IMG/VR virus record: IMGVR_UViG_3300025803_000012
Span: 1-62,244 of that record
Direction: 5' to 3' (one strand)
Length of the DNA stretch: 62,244 bases
DNA from: a virus
Lineage: Duplodnaviria > Caudoviricetes
A program made the translations under genes and the position numbers. Positions 35,476 to 44,424 of this stretch are shown here, piece after piece (positions within the stretch are counted from its first letter, which is position 1; each line of letters begins with the position of its first letter). Below the pieces are notes generated by a model, which was not told the DNA's origin, did not search any database, and worked only from the letters and a program-made list of their open reading frames with translations.

Positions 35476-36674
35476 TATGCGTCAAACCTCATAGCGTTAC
35501 TTATACCAACGTTAACGGCGATTGAAAAGGCTCTATCTGCTGTTTGAGCCTGTGCATCCGTTGCTCTAATAGTAAAGTTATATGTTGTATCTTGCGTTGC
35601 TCCAGACTCGGTTCCTGTAATAGCTCCTGTGCTCGTATTCAAACTACCACCTCCTGGCAACGATCCTGATTGCACGGCGTATGCTGTAGCATTGGTTGCA
35701 TTAACAGTAAAACTAATAGTTCCTCCAGCATCCACGGTTCCTAAAGATCCTGCCGCTGTCTGCCATGCAGGAGCATCGGATACGGTAAGTATTGCTGATG
35801 AACTACGGACCGCATTACCATCTGGGTTTTCTACTCGTATAAAATACGTGCCATCAACAGGCAACGTAAAGTTTGCTACTAATGTTGTTGCACTTGTAAA
35901 AGAAACAGAGTCTGCTGATGTAATAGCCCCTGTAGAATTTATTGCATCTACATAAGGCGTGTTAACATAATTAGTCCCTGTAATTGTTACGGCTGTTTGT
36001 GTGTTTTCTATAACGGAAGGACTAATACCTGTAATGGTTGGTTTGGTTTCTCCTACAACCGTTGCCCAAGCTGTTGTTGTTACGCCAGCAGAGGAAGAAG
36101 AATATCCAATAAATTGATTTGCTGTTCCTGTTCCTGTTGGTAAAGTTATAGCAGCTCCTGATAAACTTAATGTTTTTGTCGCTGGATTAATAAGTTTGTT
36201 ACCCATATAGCTGTGACTACTACACTGATAATATAAAACGTTAGGTGTGTAACCTCCAACTTTTATTTGTGTGTAAGCGCCTGCTTGACCAGGTGTACCG
36301 TTTGTTGTTACATTGGTACTAAATATTTGTGTCTTTCCTGCATCTAAATAAAACAATAAAGGATGTCCTGAATTAGAAGCATCGGATTGATCAAATTTAT
36401 AATAGTATTCGTAAGAAGAAGATTCATTACCTTCAATAAAAAAACTTGGAGCCTCTGTTCCGTTTATAAAATAAGCATTAGAACTACCTGCGCCGTTGTA
36501 TACATTAGCCGAAGTTTTTGCTGCAACAGTAACAGTAAACGTTACAGGGTTAGCAGATGTGCCTTGAGGCGTAACGTCTAAAGCATTATTAACAATAGAA
36601 TCACCTGACTCTCCAAGTGTGATTGAAGTAGCTGAATGTTTCTTGATTGTGTTTACTTTAAGTGTTGATACCAT
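35475..36674 (-). CDS. Fibre cassette 2, gene A (Ig-like, with an extra inserted domain)
   Basis: A-type N- and C-termini plus a ~130-aa insert (FDQSDASNSGHP...LYYQCSSHSYMG). Confidence 0.85.
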   Translation of the reverse strand: MVSTLKVNTIKKHSATSITLGESGDSIVNNALDVTPQGTSANPVTFTVTVAAKTSANVYNGAGSSNAYFINGTEAPSFFIEGNESSSYEYYYKFDQSDASNSGHPLLFYLDAGKTQIFSTNVTTNGTPGQAGAYTQIKVGGYTPNVLYYQCSSHSYMGNKLINPATKTLSLSGAAITLPTGTGTANQFIGYSSSSAGVTTTAWATVVGETKPTITGISPSVIENTQTAVTITGTNYVNTPYVDAINSTGAITSADSVSFTSATTLVANFTLPVDGTYFIRVENPDGNAVRSSSAILTVSDAPAWQTAAGSLGTVDAGGTISFTVNATNATAYAVQSGSLPGGGSLNTSTGAITGTESGATQDTTYNFTIRATDAQAQTADRAFSIAVNVGISNAMRFDA

Positions 36675-36675
36675 G

Positions 36676-37734
36676 TTATTCTGCCTTCATTATTCCTGCA
36701 TTAGAAGGTAAATTATTTGTAGAAACTATAGATTGATCAGCAACTGCATAATAAAAATAAGTTTCTCCATTAGCATTCATTGCACTACCACCGTCCATTA
36801 CTCTAAATCCATTACCAAAAAACTCAGCTACGTGATCCACATTTTCTGCATCACTATCATTAGCGTCTAATCTTCCTGTAACTTGGTTATGTCCAGGACG
36901 TCTATAATCTTTTATAGCCCAGATACCTCCTCCATTAGCTTTTCTTTTAAGAAGAACATAAGCGGGCCTAAAACCAGTGTAAACAAAAGCTCCGCTAGAA
37001 CTTGTCCCATTTCCTATATATTTTCCTGCTTGCTGATAACCTTTTATATTAGCAAAACAATAAGCTATCATAGTGCCGCCGTTTGTTTTAGAGTTTGTTC
37101 CTACATAAAAAGAACTAGATGTAGGAGAAGTGTCTTGATACCAAGAACCTGCTGTATTAAAATCATTCGTTAAATTTAAATACATCCCTCCAATATTACC
37201 AAAAATTGAATGATAAGTAGTCCAGTTTTCAGTTGCTGCATAATTTTTAAAAAGTATAAAATCTGGTGCTACACCTAAACCGTGTCCTACCGTGCCATTT
37301 GATCCTGTACCTGTCCATTTAACAATACTAAATCCCGCTGCTACGTTAGCTTGTACAGTTGAAGTTATAGATCCATCTGTGTTAGATGATGTAGTGCCAC
37401 CATTGGCTTTCCATCCCCAATTAATATATGTTCCTCCACTAGCATTTATATCAGCATCAGTTCCAACTTGAAAACCATCTGAATTAAAAGCTTGTAAAAA
37501 GTTTGCTTCTACTGCTGCTGCATTAGAATTATTACTATGAATTCTTGATGTTACACCTCTAGTTGAATCAAAAAGAAGATGATTTGCAGTGTTATTTCTT
37601 CTTTTAAACCATAAGAAATCTGGTTGCATATTAGAATTACCAGTATAAGTAATATTTCTATCATCACTTCCATTACCATCATAAGTAAGTGCTTGAAAGT
37701 TTGCTGAAGCGTCAGCAATTGTTGCATAAGCCAT
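36676..37734 (-). CDS. Fibre cassette 1, gene C (DUF7483-like)
   Basis: QPDFLWFKRR, AGFSIVKWTG and YTGFRPA motifs. Confidence 0.85.
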   Translation of the reverse strand: MAYATIADASANFQALTYDGNGSDDRNITYTGNSNMQPDFLWFKRRNNTANHLLFDSTRGVTSRIHSNNSNAAAVEANFLQAFNSDGFQVGTDADINASGGTYINWGWKANGGTTSSNTDGSITSTVQANVAAGFSIVKWTGTGSNGTVGHGLGVAPDFILFKNYAATENWTTYHSIFGNIGGMYLNLTNDFNTAGSWYQDTSPTSSSFYVGTNSKTNGGTMIAYCFANIKGYQQAGKYIGNGTSSSGAFVYTGFRPAYVLLKRKANGGGIWAIKDYRRPGHNQVTGRLDANDSDAENVDHVAEFFGNGFRVMDGGSAMNANGETYFYYAVADQSIVSTNNLPSNAGIMKAE

Positions 37735-39113
37735 TAGTTAAACTCCTGTAAATTTTTTGTGCATAAAGCATAATAATTATATGACCCATCATTAGGTGTA
37801 TACTCAAAATTTCCTTGACCATTTGCATCAGCTTGACTTGAACTAATAGCTAATCTTGGATTACCAAAATTAGCTCCTTTAATTTGACATTGTTGATATT
37901 GTCCACCAGTTCCAACTCTACCTCCAAACATATATCCACTGTAATCTTTATATGTACTTAAACTTGTAAAAGCTGCTGTACCACTATTTTGTATTGTACC
38001 GTTTTTAGAAAACTTTAATGTTCCATTATCTAAATCTAAAAACATTCCTATAATATCATCAGTGGCATAAGAATTACCATAAGCCGAACCTGTAAGAGAA
38101 CCTGTACCATCTCCTAAATATTTTTGTCCGTTTGCCCCATAAAGATAACTGTATCCTGTACCTTTGTCGGAGCTAACATTAGCTGCATTCATATCCATTT
38201 GGGTAGCTATGACCCCTAACAATGGACCATTACCTGCAGAAACTGCTGCTGAATTTACATGTGGAGTTATTTCACAATACCATTTTCCTTTTGTTAAACC
38301 TCCCAAACTAGAACACCAGTTATTACCTTGACCATCTTGATCTTGATTATCTAAAAATAAATTACCGTGAGCATAGTCAGGAGCATTATTAGTTTGACGT
38401 CTGGCGTATGGATTTAATATAGCAAAATTATTAGAAGGAGTGTCTGTTACTTGAGGAAGTGTTCCAGCACTTCCGATAGTATAATTATTAGTTTGTCCAC
38501 TTGAATCTAATCCCATATTACCACTGTTCTCAAATTTAAGAAAAACACCATTTGTTCCATAAGTAACACTAGGATTAGTTTTTGGTTTCCATATTCCTGA
38601 CGTAGAATCTTTTTCTCCAAAAGATGTTGGAGGATAAGCAGTGCCATCAATTAAATGAAAATGAGAAAAGTATCCTTTAAAATTAGAAGAAGCTCCATCT
38701 CCATCAGTATTTATATAATGTGTTTTACCACTTTCATTTACAGGGGTGTTTTGATTTTGTGTCATGGTATTATTAGTTCCCCATACTGTTATTTGTTCTC
38801 CATTAACCCAAGCTCTTACTCTATTATCAGCATTAGAATCTGTAGAATCAATAGCAGCAACAATATGATAAAAAGAAAATTGATCAGTAAATACAGCATC
38901 ACTAACCCTGTAAACTGTAGCTCCACCTCCAATTCTTAACTTATTAGAACCATCAAATCTACAATAAAATTGACCTGAATCACTTCCTGCGGTGCCAACT
39001 CCAAATATTCCACCATTTCCATTACTAACTCCGTTTGCTCTTTTTAGCCAAACAGAAATAGTAAATATTTGTCTGTTACCTGTGCTTGATATTGATTTAC
39101 TTATAGTTGTCAT
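37734..39113 (-). CDS. Fibre cassette 1, gene B (LamG/ConA-like + SPRY-like)
   Basis: FYHIV, YGTNG.FLKF, GKWYCE, NFGNP and ALCTKNL motifs. Confidence 0.85.
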   Translation of the reverse strand: MTTISKSISSTGNRQIFTISVWLKRANGVSNGNGGIFGVGTAGSDSGQFYCRFDGSNKLRIGGGATVYRVSDAVFTDQFSFYHIVAAIDSTDSNADNRVRAWVNGEQITVWGTNNTMTQNQNTPVNESGKTHYINTDGDGASSNFKGYFSHFHLIDGTAYPPTSFGEKDSTSGIWKPKTNPSVTYGTNGVFLKFENSGNMGLDSSGQTNNYTIGSAGTLPQVTDTPSNNFAILNPYARRQTNNAPDYAHGNLFLDNQDQDGQGNNWCSSLGGLTKGKWYCEITPHVNSAAVSAGNGPLLGVIATQMDMNAANVSSDKGTGYSYLYGANGQKYLGDGTGSLTGSAYGNSYATDDIIGMFLDLDNGTLKFSKNGTIQNSGTAAFTSLSTYKDYSGYMFGGRVGTGGQYQQCQIKGANFGNPRLAISSSQADANGQGNFEYTPNDGSYNYYALCTKNLQEFN

Positions 39114-39925
39114 TATTGAAGCCTCATTGAGTTGTTTATACCAACTGAAATGGTAATTGAAAAGGCTCTATCTGCTGTTTGTGCTTGAGCGTCAGTAGCA
39201 CGAATAGTAAAATTGTAAGTTGTTTCTGAAGTAGCTCCTGATTCTGTTCCTGTAATAGCTCCTGTGCTTGTATTTAAAGAAACACCTCCAGGTAAAGAAC
39301 CAGATTGAACTGCATACGCTGTAGCACTCGTAGCTGAAACTGTGTAAGAGACAGTACTACCAGCAGCATTTGTACCAAGTGATCCTGCCGCTGTTTGCCA
39401 AGCTGGTGCGTCTGATACAGTTAGTAATGCTGAACCTGATCGTACGGCTAGTCCGTCATTATTTTCTACACGGAGAAAATACGTACCGTCTACAGGTAGT
39501 GTAAAAGTTGCTACAATAGTTGTTCCATTTGTAAAAGATACTGAGTCTGCTGACACAATAGCTCCTGTTGAAGAATTAATTGCATCGACAAAAGGAACAG
39601 AAATATAATTAGTTCCTGTAATAGTAACTGCTGTTTGTGTGTTTTCTATTGTTGAAGGATTAATAGAACCTATTGTTGGAAAAGTTAAAACTGATCCTAC
39701 TGTTATTGAACCACCTAAAGCAACAGATGATCCGTTAATTGTAATTGATGAATTTGCTAATTTTGCATTAGCAATAGAACCTGCTAGTTCGTCGTTTGTA
39801 ATTGATCCGTTAGGTAATGTTATTACCGTACCTGCTGGCAACGTTATGGTGTCACCGTTCTCTCCTATTTGAAGAGCAGTACCTGATCCTTGTGGTATAA
39901 TTTTATTTACTTCAATCGTGCTCAT
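39113..39925 (-). CDS. Fibre cassette 1, gene A (Ig-like domains)
   Basis: MSTIEVNKI N-terminus, KLANSSITING and the shared C-terminal Ig module. Confidence 0.85.
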   Translation of the reverse strand: MSTIEVNKIIPQGSGTALQIGENGDTITLPAGTVITLPNGSITNDELAGSIANAKLANSSITINGSSVALGGSITVGSVLTFPTIGSINPSTIENTQTAVTITGTNYISVPFVDAINSSTGAIVSADSVSFTNGTTIVATFTLPVDGTYFLRVENNDGLAVRSGSALLTVSDAPAWQTAAGSLGTNAAGSTVSYTVSATSATAYAVQSGSLPGGVSLNTSTGAITGTESGATSETTYNFTIRATDAQAQTADRAFSITISVGINNSMRLQ

Positions 39926-40380
39926 AAAATAAATAAATTTCCTGTTACGGACAGTGTACCTGTAATAGATACGGGTCCAGCTAAAACGCCAGAGTCCATT
40001 GTTTGAACATCGCTAATTGTAGAATTATGTGTTGTCACATATGCTGTAGGATCCATGACAGGAGATGGTGCCTTCTTTGCTGGATATGTACAAAATACAT
40101 CTTTTGCACCTGCAGAAAAATCTACTTTATTATCACTATTCGTACTCTCTAAAACTGTATCTCTTGATAGTGTATCGGGAGCAGCATCGGTTACAGTACC
40201 TATACCAATTTCATATTCCGTACTTCCTGATTGCATGGCAATACAGTAGTACGTCGTATTTGTTGTGCCAATACCAGCGACAAAAGTTTGAAAACCTGTG
40301 CTTGCTCCTGCAAGATTCACGGTCCCCGTACCTGTTGATGTCGTGGTTTCCTTAACACGATCATTGATAATCAATGCCAT
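39922..40380 (-). CDS. Tail fibre-anchoring protein (putative)
   Basis: DRVKETTTSTGTG...E.G.GT...FSAGAKDVFCTYPA motif typical of fibre N-terminal adaptors. Confidence 0.7.
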   Translation of the reverse strand: MALIINDRVKETTTSTGTGTVNLAGASTGFQTFVAGIGTTNTTYYCIAMQSGSTEYEIGIGTVTDAAPDTLSRDTVLESTNSDNKVDFSAGAKDVFCTYPAKKAPSPVMDPTAYVTTHNSTISDVQTMDSGVLAGPVSITGTLSVTGNLFIL

Positions 40381-40389
40381 GTTAAACTC

Positions 40390-40848
40390 CTACGATAATC
40401 TCAGTATAGCTGTACTCGTGCCTGGTGCTGGAAATTCAATAGTAAACGTACCGTTGGTTGCTGTAAAATCAGAACCAAATGCTAAAATACAAACTGAATT
40501 CGTAGTGCCTGATCCACCATCAGTAGTGGTGTTATAAATCATAGCGCCGTTAGCTGTGAAACTAGCAGAAGTCCATTGAGGGTTAGTATTGAAGTCAACA
40601 TATGCTGTTGAAGCTCCTGTGCCTCCTGTTACAGATTGGTTCTGTAAAGTTTCTCCACCTGCTGAATACGCTGATCCAGAAGCGTTTGTTATTTCGTTAC
40701 TTGTTGAATAGTTAGCAGTGCCTGCTCCTAAACTTGCGCTTGATGTAAACAACGCAATTTTAAAAGTATGCCCACCATTTGCAAAATCGTGCTTTCCCTC
40801 TAATAATTCTTTTTTAAAGGTGTTGCACACTGCTTGTGTTATAGCCAT
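40390..40848 (-). CDS. Virion structural protein
   Basis: FKKELL.G.H.F...FKIALF...GA.IYN...FG.D.TATNGTFTI.FP, a conserved podovirus tail-module pattern. Confidence 0.75.
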   Translation of the reverse strand: MAITQAVCNTFKKELLEGKHDFANGGHTFKIALFTSSASLGAGTANYSTSNEITNASGSAYSAGGETLQNQSVTGGTGASTAYVDFNTNPQWTSASFTANGAMIYNTTTDGGSGTTNSVCILAFGSDFTATNGTFTIEFPAPGTSTAILRLS

Positions 40849-40857
40849 TTTTATCTC

Positions 40858-41538
40858 CTATGGGTTTTGTGAAGGCAAAGGTAAACGAATAACACCATCT
40901 TGATATTCATCTCTTCTTCGTCTTCCTTGTTGTTCAATTGCAAGTCTTTGTACGGATTCATTATAACTTTTTTCGTACTGTGCAAGTAAATCATAAGGTC
41001 CTTTGAGGAACTTAAAAGCCTCAATAAGACAAGCATATAATAATACTTGTGGCGCATTTGTACTAACCCAACTTGTCGTGTTAGTTGCGGAAAGCCCTGT
41101 TTCATTACGATTCAAAGCTAATTCTATCTTATATGCTGTATCTGGCGTTGGAGCAAGGTATATTGTATTCTGATCCCACATCGCATAATATCTTGGTTTA
41201 CTTTGAGTAGTTCTATTTGGCCAATATTCTGTCATGTAGCTAATATCTTTTTGTAATAAATACGTTCTAACGTTTGCATCTGTTCCAGTAGAAGGATAAA
41301 TAGAAGCTGTACGAACAAATGCCATAGTGCTTGGAGTAGCTCCTGGCAAAGTAACAAACTCATTACCTTGAGTTAAGGTAGCAAATTGATAAGCTCTAAA
41401 TACATCAAGATCAACTTCTCTAAATATACGTAGTTCTGCTTGATTAATAAAATCGTTTACGATTGCTGTAGTTAATACAGTGCTATCTGTTTCTGTGTAA
41501 CTTCTTATTTGATCTACTACTTCTGTGTATGTACTCAT
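40858..41538 (-). CDS. Head-tail adaptor protein
   Basis: FINQAELRI.R, PRYYA, LAPTPD..Y and LLYACL.EA..FLK motifs. Confidence 0.75.
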   Translation of the reverse strand: MSTYTEVVDQIRSYTETDSTVLTTAIVNDFINQAELRIFREVDLDVFRAYQFATLTQGNEFVTLPGATPSTMAFVRTASIYPSTGTDANVRTYLLQKDISYMTEYWPNRTTQSKPRYYAMWDQNTIYLAPTPDTAYKIELALNRNETGLSATNTTSWVSTNAPQVLLYACLIEAFKFLKGPYDLLAQYEKSYNESVQRLAIEQQGRRRRDEYQDGVIRLPLPSQNP

Positions 41539-42011
41539 GATATTACCACCGTTGCTGTGCCTAATTGGGTGTTCATTATAGTGTCTTGATTAGCTTGTGA
41601 ACTTCCATTTAAGGGTTGCATTGTTCTAACTTGCACTGTTTCTAAAGCTCCAGGAGCAGGAATAGGATTAAATTGTTGTATAGTTTGCATAACAGTCTGA
41701 AAATTGTTTGCTCCAATTGCAGGAGAAACACCATTAGCTCCTCCATCTATCATAGCTTTTGAATCAATATCATCATTTATATAAATACCGCCAAGAGGTA
41801 TAGTAACACTAATTACCTGTGGTTTAGCGTGTTGTAAAGATTGTGCATCGGTTGGATGATTAGTTGGATTTAATAAAGGAGACTTTACTTCGTATTCTGA
41901 TTTATGAACCCATGCTCCTGTCCATTCTTGTACCATTTCATTATAAGGATATGCAAAACCATCACGATCTGAAATTCGTAAAGCAAATTTTCCTGAAGAA
42001 TATCGTCCCAT
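41535..42011 (-). CDS. Conserved hypothetical virion-module protein
   Basis: GKFALRISDRDGF.YPY..M..EW.G..V...E.E pattern. Confidence 0.75.
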   Translation of the reverse strand: MGRYSSGKFALRISDRDGFAYPYNEMVQEWTGAWVHKSEYEVKSPLLNPTNHPTDAQSLQHAKPQVISVTIPLGGIYINDDIDSKAMIDGGANGVSPAIGANNFQTVMQTIQQFNPIPAPGALETVQVRTMQPLNGSSQANQDTIMNTQLGTATVVIS

Positions 42012-42715
42012 TAATAAGTTCCTCCTGTAATACCAATGAAAGGAACAAAATGAGAGCTTACATTTTCTCTATTTGTGTCCGCAGCTCTTTGAAACTCTTC
42101 CTCGTATACTTGTTTTAAAATACCAATTCTATCAGGTGCATATTTCATAGATATATAATAAGCTAACCCTGCTGTTAAGCACGGTAAAAAAGAAAAAGGT
42201 ATTTCATTATTATTAGTGTAATCACCAGAATCTTTCATTCTAAGCATAGCATAATAAACTACGGTATAAGCCGCATCGGCTGCAGGATATAAATATAATT
42301 TAGGATTAATTGTTTTTTCAAAATAATATTGAGTTGGTCTACCACCAGAAGTCTTAACAGTATAATTTAAATATGTTGATCTACTAATAGGTGAACAAGA
42401 ATACTCATTATTACTTGCGTCACGAATGACTAAATCTGTTATTTCTACAATTTGAGAAGCATCACTTGCTGCTGCACCATATAAAGCTGTACCACTTAAC
42501 TCAATAGTGTTTGCAGCTAATGCTGCTGTTTGTTTTTGTATTGTCCAAAGATTAAGTCCTCTATTAGACCATTCAGCTAAAAGAAGATTTAATGAACGAC
42601 GAGCGGTTTTAAGTTGGTACCCAGTACGATCTTGTAAACCGCATCGTTCAAAAGCTTCTTCAACTATTTCATCAATAGAGAAATCAAAATTGGCTGTGCT
42701 TGCATAAGTTGGCAT
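42011..42715 (-). CDS. Head-tail connector/adaptor protein
   Basis: IVEEAFERCG, TARRSLNLLLAEWSNRGLNLW, GRPTQY and AGLAYY motifs. Confidence 0.75.
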   Translation of the reverse strand: MPTYASTANFDFSIDEIVEEAFERCGLQDRTGYQLKTARRSLNLLLAEWSNRGLNLWTIQKQTAALAANTIELSGTALYGAAASDASQIVEITDLVIRDASNNEYSCSPISRSTYLNYTVKTSGGRPTQYYFEKTINPKLYLYPAADAAYTVVYYAMLRMKDSGDYTNNNEIPFSFLPCLTAGLAYYISMKYAPDRIGILKQVYEEEFQRAADTNRENVSSHFVPFIGITGGTY

Positions 42716-43158
42716 TATCTATTGATCTTGCCTTTTTTACGAGCCTTACTTCCAAATTTACCATAAGATTCATTTGCACTTGCTTTTAATTGTTTTTTTG
42801 TTCTTTTCTTTTTAACACGCATTGCAATTGATTCATCTTTACGATCTTTATAACCTTGTTCTTTTTTACCAACACGACCACCTTTTTTCATTCCTGAAGG
42901 TCCACGATCCATTAGCATTGTAGGTGTACGTTTAGATTTTTCACCAGCACCATAGCCTCTAGAATACATCATTTCACCTGTTCTTCCACTGCCACTAGCA
43001 CGTTTCTTAACTGTACCGCCATTCATCATTCCCATAGCCATTCTTTTATGTTGATTAATAGCGTCACCACCTTTAGCCATTTTTTTAACTGGTCCGCCAC
43101 CTCTTTTTTTAACAACTTTACCGCCACGTTTCATGGCTGTTTTCTTTTTACCCATCAT
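42715..43158 (-). CDS. Highly basic Lys-rich protein with repeated xxxGG motifs
   Basis: MKRGG, KRGGG, MAKGG, MMNGG and MKKGG. Confidence 0.75.
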   Translation of the reverse strand: MMGKKKTAMKRGGKVVKKRGGGPVKKMAKGGDAINQHKRMAMGMMNGGTVKKRASGSGRTGEMMYSRGYGAGEKSKRTPTMLMDRGPSGMKKGGRVGKKEQGYKDRKDESIAMRVKKKRTKKQLKASANESYGKFGSKARKKGKINR

Positions 43159-43745
43159 GATAGACCTCCATTGATCTTTTTGTATTTATTATCACGTGAT
43201 ACTACGACGTCTCGATAGTATTCGTCAGGCCATAGTTTATAATAACCTTGTTTGTGCAATTTATCAGAAGCTTGCTGTAATTGCGAGAACTTTTGTACTA
43301 GCATCATAGAATATTTATGCTCTGGATAAGAATCACTTGTATCTGGCTCATCAGTAGGAAATACTAAAAATTCTTGCTCATCTACAGTAGCTGGATTAGA
43401 TGGGTGAAAACTCATAAAATATATGTCTTTTATATTATACCATTCATTGTAATCTTCTGTAGCTAGATGCAGTTCGTCAGGAGAATAGCTGTAATAAGGA
43501 TCACAAAATATTAATATTTCTTTTTTAGTAAAATCTAAATTTTTAATACAATCATTTAATTCTTTCTTATAAGTACTGTGTTTAGTTTTGACAGCAATCC
43601 AAACTTTATCATCAGCCCATGCTTTTTTAGCAAAGGGACAAGCAGGAGCACCTCCTAAATGTACATTAGATACTTCTAAAAAATTCTTAGACCAAAGTCT
43701 AACGTCTTCTATTATCTGTTGCCTTGTCGGTTGTATTTTTTCCAA
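43155..43745 (-). CDS. Hypothetical protein (DUF1415-like CPFAK motif)
   Basis: W....L..........CPFAKKAW, FMSFHP and L..ASDKL...GYY patterns; start uncertain (TTG). Confidence 0.65.
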   Translation of the reverse strand: MEKIQPTRQQIIEDVRLWSKNFLEVSNVHLGGAPACPFAKKAWADDKVWIAVKTKHSTYKKELNDCIKNLDFTKKEILIFCDPYYSYSPDELHLATEDYNEWYNIKDIYFMSFHPSNPATVDEQEFLVFPTDEPDTSDSYPEHKYSMMLVQKFSQLQQASDKLHKQGYYKLWPDEYYRDVVVSRDNKYKKINGGLS

Positions 43746-43852
43746 TTCAATCTCTTATGTTTATTTTTTGGTTTTGAACGAGATGAATTACCGATGCTCG
43801 TTCTTTTTTTAATTGGTGTAAAGTATTCGTTGGTTGGAAGTTTTGCAGCCAT
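43712..43852 (-). CDS. Small basic protein (46 aa, not in ORF track)
   Basis: MAAKLPTNEYFTPIKKRTSIGNSSRSKPKNKHKRLNWKKYNRQGNR; TAATG overlap at 43852. Confidence 0.65.
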   Translation of the reverse strand: MAAKLPTNEYFTPIKKRTSIGNSSRSKPKNKHKRLNWKKYNRQGNR

Positions 43853-44424
43853 TACTTCATTTGAGATAAAGGATTAGCAAGAGTAAGTTTAATTTGTTTA
43901 TCAATACTCTCTTGTAACTCTTTCATCTTTTCTTCTAAATCAGATTTTAATTTTGACATATCTTCTTCAATTGTATCTACAGTAATTTTTAAATCTTTTG
44001 AATTATCTCTAGCATCTTCTTTCACTTGTTGTTCTACATCATTAACAATTTTCTCTACTCTTCTTACATCTTGCCGAAGGTCGTTTTTCAATTCGTTTGC
44101 CACATCACTCACTAAGCGAATTTCCGACATCATCATTTCCATCTCTTGCATTATCATTTCAACTTCTGTTTGTATAAGCTCTGTTTTACTTTTCATTTCT
44201 TCTTTAGTTAAAGCAATAGTCTTATCAAACTCTGAAAGGTCAGGAGCTACATAGTTTTGTATCTGTTCTTTCATATTGAGGTAATCTTTGTAGAATTCAA
44301 ATCCGCCCCACAGTCCACCACCAAGTGTAGTCAATGCCGTAAGAACTACGAATATTTTTCCGCCCTTAAATTTTAAACCCGCAAATTCCATTTCTGCCAT
44401 GGCTATTCCAAAATTTGTTGCCAT
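43852..44424 (-). CDS. Membrane-anchored coiled-coil protein
   Basis: N-terminal TM segment, then a long heptad region ending in LANPL. Confidence 0.75.
   Translation of the reverse strand: MATNFGIAMAEMEFAGLKFKGGKIFVVLTALTTLGGGLWGGFEFYKDYLNMKEQIQNYVAPDLSEFDKTIALTKEEMKSKTELIQTEVEMIMQEMEMMMSEIRLVSDVANELKNDLRQDVRRVEKIVNDVEQQVKEDARDNSKDLKITVDTIEEDMSKLKSDLEEKMKELQESIDKQIKLTLANPLSQMK

Noticed and set aside
29814-39925. Diversity-generating retroelement acting on the repeated fibre genes
   Set aside because: No reverse transcriptase ORF and no ~100-bp TR/VR pair differing only at adenines; the repeats are diverged whole-gene paralogues.
25923-40537. Numerous short + strand ORFs antisense to tail genes
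   Set aside because: Antisense shadows of Gly/Thr/Ala-rich genes with no SD or recognisable motifs.
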